Origin: Mustelus asterias
Lineage: Eukaryota
Direction: 5' to 3'
NCBI RefSeq assembly: GCF_964213995.1
Contig: NC_135823.1
Span: forward strand, 48,918,001 to 48,982,000
DNA length: 64,000 nucleotides
The stretch's first letter is position 1. Each line of letters starts with the position of its first letter. Position numbers and translations under genes: made by a program. The notes under the pieces are model-generated. The model saw only the letters and a program-made list of their open reading frames with translations, made no database searches and had not been told where the DNA came from. Below are positions 40,105-53,423 of the stretch, piece after piece.

Positions 40105-41963
40105 CTTAAAATCTTCTCAACCAAAGTTAGCTGCAAACACTCCATAGCTAGAAAGAAAGCCTTATTCAACAACGTATAGCTTGCAAAGTTTAGAGATCCA
40201 CCTTGCAAACAATTCTGACTAGCTCCATCAATGCCTTTTTTTTTAAAAAGGCAAAGTGGTCACAGAGGCAGATGAAATTAATTAATCAACCCAGTGCTAA
40301 TGCAGGTGTGCAGATCAAATTTTGCAAATGGAGGCTAGATGTTTTCCTACAGAGAGGAGAGAGAGTGATGCAAGTCTCCTTCACACAACTCTATACTGTT
40401 GGATTGTTACATATGGATGTTAGTAGGTAGCAGCCTGTTAATTTCATCCTCTTTGCCAGATATTGAATGGTATTGCAAAACTCAGGCCGAGGCCTGCCAT
40501 GGCACACAATACCTGTGTTGTCCTTTCTCATTCCAGGAAAGAGAATGTGAGAAAACAGTTTCAAAAAAAATTGGCAGAATAACACTGATCTTCTGGAACT
40601 TGTCAGTTCCATGCATCTACTTTCAACCAGCAGAACCATTTTACCAGGCAAACTGAGCATTGACATTGAGCATCGAGTGGGATCAGCAGTATACACGTCC
40701 TCTAGCATTCACCAAGGAGTTCCTCTCCCTGTTGTACACTGTAGCTTCGGCAAAAGAATGCTATTCTACTAAAACCATGGAGTAAATCCCAAATTGTGTT
40801 TTCAAAGGAATGGCTCCATGGAGTGAAACAGGCCTCAATTAGTAGCATGAAATGTAATCATGGTCGATTAGCAGATCAGTATACACCACACCAGAGTTTC
40901 TTTTTCATTCAAATCAGTTGGACCCCAGCCTCTAACTGACTTCCAGCAATGTTATGTTACTCTGTATATGAACCCCTTGATTAGATTCCAGCCGACAAGT
41001 GGCTTCCAGATAGCTGCTATTCCATCTAGCACCCTCCACTGCACCCTACCCCCACAAAATCCTTTGATTAGATTTGAGCCTGTAGCACACATTGGTATAG
41101 CTGTTACTCTGATTATAACCAATTTAACATCTTCCATTAAATCCAACCTGTGACTCACTGGAAGGTACTCATTATTCTATATATAGACTGCTTGAAACTC
41201 TCCATTAGTTTCGCTGCTGGATATCCATTATTCTATATATAATCCACCCGAACCCCTCTATTAGATTCTGTAACCTAGTTCTGTGTTCTATATATAAAGA
41301 GACCTTTACAGAGTATGGGTTTATATGTTGGCATTGCTATTGCAATGCACTGACCTCGCTGTCTATTTGAAGAACCACAAAACTGATGTTGGAAATCCAT
41401 GAACATTCTAGCAGAGGCATGCACATGAGATAGGGTGTTCAGATAGACTAGCTGTCAAAATGACATCTTCAGAGGATGTCCCTTGCTGTTTTACTGGAGC
41501 TGTTAATCTGCTTCACCTGGAGAAATGTTCTACAAATATTAGCATCATAAGCAGTGATTTCCGATCTATTTTTTTGTAAAGGGAGGATTTGAAGCAGTGA
41601 CACATCCTGCTCTTGGTTTTTCATTCTCTGTCTGATATTTCCTCTGCAATGGTTACTATATTCAAGAATTTACTGATTGGTAGAATTGGAACACCTCATC
41701 CAAGTAGGCAATTCTTCACCTGTGTATCAGAATTCTGAGAATCGGTGAGCTATTCAATCATAGGGTTATTTACCCATCCTGTCACATCAAATGTTTATAC
41801 ACAAACTCCTTGTGATCAGACAGGACTATTTCACTGATTCAATTTTTAAGCTTCAATCCCCCCCCCCCACCCCTGAGGACATGAACAATTAATTTCAGCT
41901 GAAATTTCAGGACGGTTATGAGAGTGTGCTATACTGTCAGAGGTTCTGTCTTTCAGATGAGAT

Positions 41964-42229
41964 AGGAAGTCTCACAACACCAGGTTAAAGTCCAACAGGT
42001 TTATTTGGTAGCACAAGCCACAAGCTTTCGGAGCGCTGCTCCTTCATCAGGTGAGTGGGAGTTCTGTTCACAAACAGGGCATATAAAGACACTCCCACTC
42101 ACCTGATGAAGGGGCAGCGCTCCGAAAGCTTGTGGCTTGTGCTACCAAATAAACCTGTTGGACTTTAACCTGGTGTTGTGAGACTTCCTACTGTGCTTAC
42201 CCCAGACCAAAGCCACCATCTACACATCA
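41964..42229. mobile_element. Penelope-derived fold-back element inserted in a Deu SINE
   Basis: ~100-bp inverted arms (41963-42062 / 42091-42190) plus a ~40-bp tail; TSD TTTCAGATGAGAT at 41951-41963 and 42230-42242. Confidence 0.85.
42100..42134 (+). ncRNA. Minimal hammerhead ribozyme motif (mirror copy on the minus strand at ~42019-42053)
   Basis: cac-CTGATGA-a-ggggc-agc-gctcc-GAAA-gct-t-gtg. Confidence 0.72.
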
Positions 42230-43039
42230 TTTCAGATGAGATGTCAGGTGTGTAAAAATTCCAATGGCATTATTTCAAAGGTGAGCAAGGGAGTACACTC
42301 GCTATCCTGGGCAACAGGAGTTCCACAACTAACACTGCCAAAAATAGTCTTATTTGTCATTCATCTTATCATGTGTGGGATCTTGTTGTGCACATATTGG
42401 CTGTAGCATATCCCTGTAAAATAGCAGTGACTACACTTCAGAAGTAATCCATTGACCGTGAAGTACTTTGGGATGTCCTGAGAACATGAAATAGAGCTAT
42501 ATAAATGCGTGGGGAGGGGTTTCTTGAATTATTCTGGAAATCTTTCCACGATACATACATTGAGGCTCAGCAAGTGTTGACTGATTGTTGTATGCCTTTG
42601 AAATCCAAAGCTGGTTCATCTCCTAAAACACTTGGACTTGTTCATTTTGCCTTGTTCAGTGGGGCTGTTTCAATCAGTACATGTCGCAATTGTCGCTATT
42701 TGGCTGTGATTCTTGTGTAAACCACTTCACTCATGCTCACATTCTCAGTTACCTTACTGAAATGCCTTTACTTGCAATGACAGCAGTTTGTGTTTCTACT
42801 TGCACATTTTTCTCATGTGGCTGAATTTGCTGGTATTTACTTTTCTATGGAGGTCAGAAGCAGCAATTCGTGCTTCACACTGTAGTGCTGTCACCCCTCT
42901 TGTGACTATATTATCAATAACTAGTCCCATTGTTTCACTGCTCATAGTACCACATACCTGCACCAGAGGGGTTGTTATTTTATGAGTTGGCACTATCAAA
43001 TAGAGAAATTTCTTCACACAAAGTGCAGAATTGTGCCAT

Positions 43040-43190
43040 AGAACCATAGAAAATTACAGCTCAGAAACAGGCCTTTTGGCCCTTCTTGTCTGTGCCGAAC
43101 CATTTTATGCCTAGTCCCACTGACCTGCACTTGGACCATATCCCTCCACACCCCTCTCATCCATGAACCCGTCCAAGTTTTTCTTAAATA
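43040..43190 (-). mobile_element. CR1 3' tail fragment
   Basis: (CCATAGAA)n tail followed by ACAGGCCTTTTGGCCC, the reverse complement of the CR1 3' UTR. Confidence 0.75.
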
Positions 43191-44602
43191 TTATGGACGG
43201 GGTTCCCCTAAAATTCCAGGAAGTTTTCCTGCCACCAGCCACTTGTCCCTTAACAATCCACAATTTTATGTAGGGTTTGTGATGCCCAAGTCAGCTTGTC
43301 TGCCTGCCCTCATCCCAATTGCCGTCGCCCCAATTAAGGTGCTTAATTGGTCAATAATTGGCTGTATCTCATCTGAAAGACAGAACCTCTGACTGAATGT
43401 AGCTACAATGACAGAGGAAATATCAGAGAACGAAAAGCCAAGAGCAAGATCTCATCCCTTTACAAAATAATTGGCCACTTAGGGCCACTTCCTATCCAGC
43501 CTCAACTGCGAGGCTTTTGGGAGGAGTTCAGGGCATTGAGCTGGAAAGGGTGGGCTGGGGAAGGGCCACCTCAATGAAGGCTACCGTTCCACATTGGACA
43601 CCCATGGCATGTTATGTGCACGTGTCTTCCCCCCATTACCACCCTACCTTTCCATCAAGACCTTAACCACCTCTCCCCACGCCCACTGGCCTCATCTTTC
43701 TTCCCTGCTGTAAGTCTCCCAGATTTACCTGGTCCTGGACTCTAGGAATTAGGATCCAGGGTCTGCTTGTAGTTCCAGTCCTGACCACTTCTGTCACTAT
43801 ATCACTGGGACTACAGAGCTGTGGGCCAATCAGATTGGCTGATAGCTCTCTGAGGCAGGACTTCCACCTGAATGGGGGATGGAAGCCCCTTTTCTAGCCA
43901 ATTAATGCTACATGGTGTGTTAAATGGCTGCAGGGCTGCTTTGATGAATGGGGATGCATCCCTTGCCAACTGTTCAGGTGGTGGGGCAGAAACACTGCTG
44001 TCCATAAACTTGTGAATCTTTGAAATTCTCAAACCTAGTGGACTTTGAATGCTCGGTATTGAGCATTTTCAAGACATTTATAATTCTTTGACTCTTGGGG
44101 GAGTAGGCCATGATCTTATTGTTTGATCAAAGGTACATCTGGCCTACACCTTTTACTATTTCTTATATTTTTGTTTTCTTATTATGTTAACAATTAATAG
44201 TGCTTAATTTGATGTCACATCCCCAAGAAGTTGATTCCCAATTTTTGTCTGATCAGAAGCCCATTGCCTCCTCTACAAGATCAAGACCTGAATGAACCTA
44301 ATTTTCCAGCCGAGATTAAACTAAAGCCATATCTTTTGCTTTGGTTCCTGCAGAACCTTCCAGTGTCCAGTGCATTTTTATCAGTTCTTCCTGGCAAGCA
44401 TCTCAGTCTGGATCATGTGATGTGCCAGTCTGACCTCAAGCTAACCTTTTACACACAGTTCTATGTCTGTGTTCTTCCACATTCTGAATATAGGAGTTTC
44501 TAAATGAAGAAAGACCAACATCCATCTACTATCATGATAAACATGATATAATGATAATGGGATTGTTGACAGATCATTCTATCAGCTGGCCTACAGCATA
44601 CT

Positions 44603-45237
44603 TCAAGTTTCTAGGTGTCCAGATCACCAACAACCTGTCCTGATCCCTCCATGCCGATGCTATAGTTAAGAAAGCCCACCAACGCCTCTTCTTTCTCGGG
44701 AGGCTAAGGAAATTTGGCACGTCCGCTATGACTCTCACCAACTTTTACAGATGCACCATAAAAATCAATCTTTCTGATTGTACCACAGCTTGGTATGGCT
44801 CCTGCTCTGTCAAAGACCACAAAAAACTACAAAGGGTCGTGAATGAACTCCAGTCCATCACGCAAATCAGCCTCCCATCCATTGACTCTGTCTACACTTG
44901 CCGCTGCCTCAGAAAAGCAGCCAGCTTAATCAAGGACCCCCACAACCCCAGACATTCTCTCTTCCACCTTCTTCCGTCGGAAAAAGATACAAAAGTCTGA
45001 GACCACGTACCGACCGATTCAAGAACAGCTTCTTCCCTGCTGCCATCAGACTTCTGAATGGAACTACATCATATTAAGCTGATCGTTCTCTACACCCTAG
45101 CTATGACTGTAACACTACATTCTGCACCCTCTCCTTTCCTTTCCTATGTACGGTATGCTTTATCTGCTTAGCGTGCAAGAAACGATACTTTTCACTGTAT
45201 ACCAATACATGTGACAGTAATAAATCAAATCAAAAAA
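44603..45237 (+). mobile_element. Rex1/Babar-like LINE 3' fragment
   Basis: FKFLGVQITNNLS..IVKKAHQRLFFLGRLRKFG..TLTNFYRCTI..AWYGSC; tail AATAAATCAAATCAAA. Confidence 0.8.
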
Positions 45238-48056
45238 TCAGACTTGATGCAAGGGAAACCCCAGTGATGGAAAAGATTTGAATACCAAATGTCCAAGTTT
45301 CCTGTTCCTTCCCACGTACCCTATGCCACTGTTTATGCTCCTGCCTCTCTCGCTCTGTCACTGAAACCGTAATTTATGCCTTTAGCCCATCAGAAGTTGA
45401 CTTTTCAATGTCTCTGCACTAACCGCTTGTCCTTCATAAACTTCAATTAATCTAAACCTCTATAGCTTGTGTTCCTTTCAGACACCAGAAAACGCAATCC
45501 TGGCAGTCTGCATCCCTGACAGACTCCACCCATTCCCTATTTATCTCTATTGTCCTACACTTTCCTTCCCTTGTAATTTCCCATCGTACATCCCGGACCT
45601 AGTTATCCTGACTTGCTGCTTTCTCCTCACTTTTTCGACCATGGTGCCCCTAAACTCTCCACTAAATCACTCTGCATCACTTCACTCAGTTCTTTCAAAA
45701 GCTTTTAAAATCTGATCATTCTGACTTTGGTTTCAGATTCCTCCATCTCTCATGGTGCTGAGTGTCCCTTCCTCATCATCAAACACCTGAAATGTCTTCC
45801 TACAAATAAGGTATGTGGATATATTGTGGTTGTTTGAATAAAACTGTTAACTGTCCCTGTTCACCTTCCACCCCCTCAACCTCCCCGCCAAGTCAATCGT
45901 TGCCCTGGCGATCCCCGGATGCAGAGTGCATAGCCCCCATGTGCTGCCTCCTCTTCAGGCTCTGCCCCTCCCCTTAAGCACCATCCTTTGGCACTGCCCA
46001 GTGCCATGCTGGCAATGCCAGGCTGCCTGGCTGGCAGTGCCAGGTTGGCACTGCCCAAGGGTCACTACCCACCCCTGCCCCCAACCACTCAGGGGTCCCA
46101 ATGGCCTCTGGTCTCACTGGAGAGGCCATCACGTTGCTGGGGACCATACGTAGTCCTCGCTGGTGAAGACCTCCACCAGCTAGGCCATTAAGGTAAGTGA
46201 GTCTGGACGATTGCATCCAGCCTCACTAATCACATTAAAATGAGATGATGAATATTATAATCAACCTCGCACCCTTCCCAGGCGCGAGGCTAATTTCAGC
46301 AGCAGATTAGGGCCGGTAAGGTTACGAGAGGCAAGAAACCAGGCGCAAATCCAGTTTTTCGCCTCTGATCGACCGGCGGGACAAGCCAGTAAGATTGCCA
46401 CCTAAGCCTTTATTGCAGTCATATTTGTTATATAAATCTTAGTTTGTATTCACTCAAATTTAGAAGATTAAGGTGTTTAAATTGAGGTGTTTAAAATGTT
46501 AAAAGCATTAGAGTAGATACAGTGACATTATTTTCTATGGTGGGGGAATCCAGGAGAAGAAATATCATCGTAAAATTTGAGCTAGGCCACAGGAGGTAAA
46601 TTTGGGAAGCTTAATTTTTCATTCAAAGGGTAGTGGAAACCTGGGACTCTCTTCAAAAGGCTGCTGAAGTTGGGAGGAATTTTGAAACTGAGATTGATGC
46701 TGCAGTACTGAGAGAGTGCTGAGATGTCAGAGGTAGCATCTTTCAGATGCAGCGTTAAACTGAGGCCCAGTCTGCTCTCTCAGGTAGATGTAAAAGAACC
46801 AATTTTACTATTTTGAAGAAAAGCAGGGGAGTTGTCCCCACTCTCCTGATCATTATTTATCTCTCAATCAACATCACAAAAACAGGTATCTAGAGAGGAT
46901 TCACCAGCCCCACTAGCCACTGGAGGGAATCCTGACGTTGCGGCTAAATTGGGATTCCTGTCGAATGGCAAACCTATCACAATTCACCCGGCTCATCCCT
47001 GCCACTCCTGTTCCCACACCATTATTATATCAGAACCCCTACTTTAGGAACTGAACAGTGCAGTCTTTGGTGCAGGCCCTGACAATCATGGACCTGGGGC
47101 ATTGGACCTCAAGGGGGATCTTGGAGGTAAGTGCAGTGCCCAGGTGCCCCCCTGCCACTGTCAGGCTGCAGAGGGAGGGTCCCACAAGGCACCTGGGGGT
47201 TGGAGGGGCTCGGGCTGGAAACAGGGAGTTGACCTTAAGACTCTCCCTGGGATGGGGGTCTCATGGCTGGACTGCCCTTCTAGCCCTGGGAAACCTGAGG
47301 ATCACTCTTGACGTAGTGATTTCAGGCAGCTTTCTGATCAAAGTCTTTGTTCTCGTCTGTGTACAGTGAAAACATTGAAGTGGCCTGGGCACACTAATCT
47401 CCATGCCCCTGGATGGCTTCCAAATCACAGCAGCACTCCATTCCACAGAAGCCCCCTTTTCTCTCTCGGAAGCCCCCTTTGAAGTCCTCTGACTGACAGG
47501 AGAAGTCAGTTTCACTCGGGGGAGATTCCCTTCTGCACGGCCACTCACTCAGCCCCATTCTTTTAACACTGCATTTTTTTCTTCCTAGAAAGATCAAAAC
47601 CTTTGGGGCAGAGTTTTACCGTCCCAATTGTAGCGGGCGGGACACGGACCATGCGAAGGTATGTTGACTTCGGGCAGGATTTTCCAGCCTTGGGACGAGC
47701 GCGGCCAGAAAATCCCACCCTTGAAATCCCTCAAAATCCTTTGTTTCTATTCAATTTCATGGTCTAGTACCTTTAACTAACCTTTGGTTGACAGCTTAAT
47801 GGTATGTGGAAAGACCATTTGACCTGATAACCATATTCTACAAAGGGGTTGTCTCTAATTTGTAATGTCAATTATGGCTCCACTTTTCAGATACGTACAG
47901 ACATATGAATTAGGAGCAGGATTAGACCACTCAGACCATTCAAGCCTGCTCTACTATTCAATAAGATATGACTGATCTGACTGCAACCTCTCACCTTTCA
48001 CACCCTCGCTCATCAAGAATCTTTCAATTTCTGTCTTGAAAACATCCAAAAACTCT

Positions 48057-51000
48057 GAGTGAATTCTCCCCTTACAGGACTAAGCCCTGTGGCAGCGACA
48101 GAGAGTGTTTTCCACTGCAGAGGGCGACGGGAAACCGCACTAAATCTTTCAGCCCCAACATCATTAATTATTCACCCAGGGATTTTGCACTATCTACCGT
48201 GGTGGGGCGCCATATCCAGGCACTATATTTGAAAAGGTGCCCAGACATCCTTATGTCAACATTAAGATGTCAGGAAACGGAGGTGAAGGTCCAGTGCCCA
48301 AGTTCAGTGACACCTCCCTGCACATCCTCCTTGACCATTGCCGAAGTCAGGAGAAATGTACTGTACCCAGCTGATGGGAGAAGAGGCCCAGCAGAAAACC
48401 AATGCTACATGAGCACATGGTGCCTAAGTGCCCAGGGGGTGCACACAAGGTGCATAACCCAGTGCCAGAGGATGAATAATCATATTCACTCCACCAGGGT
48501 AAGTCTCAAGAACGGTCGCATAATCCACAAAGACTCCAAAACGTAAGGATCCAAGAACCTGATTTATTATTGTCACAGGTATTGGTATGCAGTGAAAAGT
48601 ATCGTTTCTTGCGTGCTATACATACAAAGCATACCATTCATAGAGAAGGAAAGGAGAGGTTGCAGAATATAGTGTTACAGTCATAGTTAGGGTGTAGAGA
48701 AAGATCAATTTAATATAAGGTAGGTCCATTCAAAAGTCCGATGGCAGCAGGGAAGAAGCTGTTCTTGAGTCAGTTGGTATGACCAGTGGCAGCAACATGT
48801 TCTGTCTCACAGCCCTACCTCAGTACATTCACACTGCAGTGAAGTGACCATTTTTGTCTCCTTCACCCTTCAGCAGACGTGGGATACTCAGGGAATCAGG
48901 TGGGTGAGAGGAAAGATTGAAACCTGGCACAGGTGCAGAGGGAACTAGCAATCTCCACAAATCAGATGCATGTATAAGCCTTCCCCTTGTATGTGGATAT
49001 GCTCAGCGCTCTGGAGGGAGCTGGTCCACAACCATTCTGCCCAATTCATACCAGTGATGACTGGCCAAACACAAGTGGACTATCTTATGAGTACCATGAA
49101 CCAAATTCCAATGTTCCAACCGATATAACATGCAACTCCTCTCAAATGTTCTCTTCTTCGAGCAGGAGAGGTTTAATCATAATTGTCCCAAACAGGAGGG
49201 ATGGGGGGGGGGAGGGGGGCGGGGGGAGGGCACAGCGCTTGCAGGAGTGGAGTGCACAAGAGCCATTGGCGATTAGAAACTCGGCCTTAAGCATCCACCA
49301 AGTAAGGATTTATTCATTATATATGAACCTAGGAATCAAATGTGCCTTCGCCTCCATCTTGGAAGCAGCTGACACTGTCACTTGCACTATCCTTTCTCAC
49401 TTCAACATGTGTCCAGGAAGAGATCAAGGCCAGGGGAAGAGGACTCTTCCCCCACTCCTTTCAAGCCCCGACCACAGTCCAGAAAGAAGCCAGGAGGAAG
49501 CAGAAGAGAAAAACTCCACACCTTTAAAAGTCACAGCGCCCAATTGCACTCTCCCAACAGCTCAGGAACACACACCTCAGTGAGTTTTAGTACTAGTTCA
49601 AGAAGGTTCTCACAATCTGGTGGGCTCACTGCACTGTCCAGAGGAGGAGGAGACTTGTTCAGCTGAGCTCCCCAGAACTCGCTGGACCAGGAGGGGGCAT
49701 CTGCGAGGTCCCAGTTCGATGAGCCTTAAGAATTGACTTCCCAACTCATGGTGGAGAGTCAGCAAGAGGCGGGGCAACATCAGACAGAGCTGTTGGATGC
49801 CCTCAACAGGGTGGCCCCCGAGTCAGAGGAGTCTGTCCGCCTGCCCTCTGATGAAGCCTACCTCGAGGTCTCCAAGGGGACACCATGGAGATCTAGCAGA
49901 ACACCTAGTTTCAGCTGAAGATGCATGCAGAGTTGCATTCCATTGCTATTGCCATGGGTGAGTTTGTGCAATGGCAACATGAGAGAGGGACGGGGCTTCT
50001 CGCATTCTTCCAGGTGCCCCTTCCCTTCAAAGAGTCAGGCTGAGGCCTTCAAACACCCGAAGGGAGGAGGAGATGCAGCTAGATACCCCGGTTCATCCAT
50101 TCAGGATTCTCAAATGTTGTATGCTTCCTCCGAATCCCCTCAGCCTGTGACCCCTTCAACCTCATCCTCTGCAGAGGGAGCTGCAGGCCCACCAGTGAAA
50201 AAAAATAAAGAAATTTTGATTAGCAGTGGTCATACGGGTGAACTCTGTCAATAAATAATGTCTAGTGTTGTCTTTCAGCATCATTATATCGACTTTGTGA
50301 GACCTCCACCATCATCCTCCCACAACATTTGCAGTTCAGCTGCACATAGCCGCAGCACGTGTAATTTTGGAGGGAGAAGTGTCTGTGGCGGAGGCTTACA
50401 CACCTACCCACATATACACCTAATCTTTATTCCTTTCTCCCTCCCTTACTCCATCCCCTCTCTGAACTCTCTCCCTTATTCCTTCCTCCTCCAAACTCCT
50501 TCCCTATTACACCTATCTCCCCACTTGCATCTTTCACTCCCATTACCCCTTCCTCCCTACTGACACCTTCTCCCTCTATGGTCTCCATCCATCCCCCCCT
50601 AGCTTCACTCCCCCGACAACTTCACCCCCACCTCCCACCTTAACCCACCCTTCTTTCACCACATATCATTCATTATCAGCGCATGGTGAAGACTCTGATG
50701 TTCCAAAGCAGATCCGACAGCAGCAAAGCCTTAGCTGCTGTACGGACACCTCCCATCTTCAAGGACTGCTTCACGGCGGAGACATATGATGAAGATCCAC
50801 CCACCACGTGATGCATGATGGGTCCAGTAGCTGCAGGCCTTCAGCATTATCTTTTCCTCAGACGCCTGTGATCTGAACAGGACCTTTAAGGTATGTCCTG
50901 ACTTTTGCACACCACATTGCTCCAGACATGTTCTGGACTGGCAAGTTTTCTCTTTGGCCAACCAATTAGTGGGATGCAAATCGATTTCATGCCGGTCTCC

Positions 51001-51154
51001 AGTGGGATTCCTGCTCCACCATGGCAAGCACCAGCAGAAAATCCCACTATAAACTCACACCAGTGTGAAACCAACTTTTGCACCTCCTGCTATATTCTCC
51101 CCCACTCCCAGCTCATCATTGATCCTGCAGTGAAGACATGAGATAATTCTGCCC
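48057..51154 (+). mobile_element. Decayed PIF/Harbinger-like DNA transposon derivative with a Myb/SANT-like ORF remnant
   Basis: Imperfect TIRs (GAGTGAATTCTCCC / GAGATAATTCTGCCC) and 3-bp TSD TCT/TAT; peptide EVRRNVLYPADGRR...W.LSA...R.ITQCQRMNN...R followed by a GTAAGT donor at ~48498. Confidence 0.55.
48556..48782 (-). mobile_element. Rex1/Babar-like LINE 3' end nested in the Harbinger-like element
   Basis: Reverse complement of ~45005-45230. Confidence 0.8.
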
Positions 51155-53423
51155 TATGCTTCCACTGCCTTTTGACGAAGGGGGTTCTAAAGTCTCTGAA
51201 CCCTCAAGAAAAAAACCTCTTCTCATCTTTATCTTAAATGGGTGACCCCTTATTTTTAAACAATAACCCCTAGTTGTATATTCTCCCACACAAGGAAACA
51301 TCCTCTCCACATCCACCCTGTGAAGACCCCTCAGATCTTATATGTTTCAATCAAGTCGCCTTTTACTCTTTTAAACTCTAGTGGATACAAGCCTAGCCTG
51401 TCCAAACAAAAGACACCTGCTTTCATTCCTACATAATTGCCCTTATTTAAGTCTTGGGCCCACTTTTCTCTCCCTCAAACTGAATGTAGAGTTCAAGCAT
51501 ATTATGATCACTGCTACCTAGGGGTGCCTTCAACATGAGGTTATCAATTAATCCTATCACATTGCACAATATTAAGTCTAGTATGGCCTGCCCTCTGGTT
51601 AGCTCCAGAACATGTTGTTCTAAGAAACTATCCCACAAACATTCTATGAACTTCTCATTTCGGCTATCTTTGCCCATTTGACTTTTCCAGTCTGTATCTA
51701 GATAAAAATCCCCCAAGATTATCGCTGTACTTTTCTGACAAGCTCACATGATCTATTCCTTTATACACTGTCTTACCATGTAGTTACAATTAGGGGGGGC
51801 TGCACACTACTCCTACAAGTGACTTCTTGCCTTTATCATTTTCATCTCAACCCATACCGCTTCTACTTCCTGTTTTCCTGAACTTGGGTCATCCCTCTCT
51901 AATGCACTAATACCATCATTAATTAGTACAGCCACCCCTCCACATTTTCCTCACTTCCTGTCCTTCCATAATGTCATGTACCCTTCAATATTCAGGTCCC
52001 AATCTATGTCATCCCACAACCATAGTGACTAAACCATGGGTGAAACTTCTAGGACAGATGTGACAGTTTTCCACTGAAGCAACTGAGTGAAAACTGGGAG
52101 GTCTAATTCTCGGTTTATGAACCACATTGCTCAGCCTTGACGGTTTGCATTCCACATATAGCACTGGCACCAATCCCAGTAGTGCTCAATCATATTATTC
52201 AGTGGGAGTATTCAATCAATTCAAGGCCAGTACGTGTCCCTATAACCTTCAAATTTTTGCATTTAAAGTGGAGTGGAGTGGCTTGTGCACCAGGATTGTC
52301 CGGGCTCTTTGTGTCATCATCTATCCATGCATAATGATAGGACCCTTGCCTCCAAGTCAGATAAGTTCAAGTCTCACTTCAGATTGGAGCACAAAATCCA
52401 GACTGATACTCCAGAGGGAATGTTGTACTGTTAGAGGTGTTATCTTTCCAATGAGTAATTGAACGGAGACCCTGTCTGGTCTAGTTGAAACTATCCCTTG
52501 ATACTATTCAAAGTAAAGCAGAATAGTTCTTCTTGGTATCCTGCCAATAATTATCTCTTAACCAACATCACTAAAATGGATTACCTGGTTATTATCACAT
52601 TTCTGTTTTTGGGACCCTGCTGTACAAAATTAGCCAAAGTGTTTCCTCATTACAACAGTCACTGCACTTCATAAGTAATTAATTAACCATGAAGCATTTG
52701 AGGGATTGGAGGGCCGAAGGGCCTGTTTCCTGTGCTGTACTGGATGCCCTGAAGATGTGACAAGGGCTATATCAATGCAAGTTCTTTCTTAATTATTTCA
52801 TTCAATTAATGTACCTGTTTTTCAAGCTGGAAATATTAGCAAATCTTGATGCTCCGATTTGTGAGATAACAGGGATCAGAACAGGCCATTCCAATCATGC
52901 AAAATTCAAACAAAAGAAAACAGTCAATAATATATAGGCACAGCTTTATAAAAGAGACTTCACTTCAAAAGTATTTTAGCTAAAAATCTAGGTTGATAAT
53001 CAAGCACAGTACAAACGGAATTGCCATCCTTTGGATGAAACATTGAAATGAGACACCATCTGCCTTCTTAGGTAGAAGTAAAAAATGCAGTTGTGCTTTT
53101 CAAAGAAGAACAGGGGAGTTCTCCCCTGTGTACTAGGCCAATATTCATCCTTCAAAGAACACCTAAGACAGATAATCATGTTGTTTTGTGGAAATTGGCT
53201 GCAGTGTTTCCTACATTTCAACAGTGACTGCACTTCAAAAGTACTTAATTGGCTGTAAAGTGCCTTGGGTGGCTTGAAGTTGTGAATGTGCTATGGAAAT
53301 GCATGTCTTTCTTTCTTCTGTAAGGCTGTGCTACCTGTGGTTAGGCGACTGGTTTTCCAAGACTGAAGATGGTCTTTGGGTTGTAATTCTGCTAACTTAT
53401 TCAGTGATGCTATAGAGAGTACA

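Larger units (their letters stand above)
47895..52025 (-). mobile_element. Old CR1 (3' tail 47895-48056; remainder 51155-52025 with an internal deletion) split by a 3.1-kb insertion
   Basis: The flanks rejoin as ...AAAACTCTGCTTCCACTGCC..., a CR1 3' sequence; endonuclease remnant MGDF...LDLIL...SDHN at 51447-51716. Confidence 0.75.

Noticed and set aside
40950-41300. Recurrent TTAGATT / TTATTCTATATATA motifs as a promoter
   Set aside because: They look like a decayed tandem repeat; TATA-like strings alone are not evidence of a promoter.
42958-43047. Candidate SRL exon 1 (CAG|GTATGT donor)
   Set aside because: Wrong phase, not a convincing signal peptide, and it overlaps a CR1 tail.
48987-50563. 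Cluster of 60-200 aa ORFs as a host gene
   Set aside because: They lie inside the decayed transposon, with no recognisable domain or consistent exon structure.
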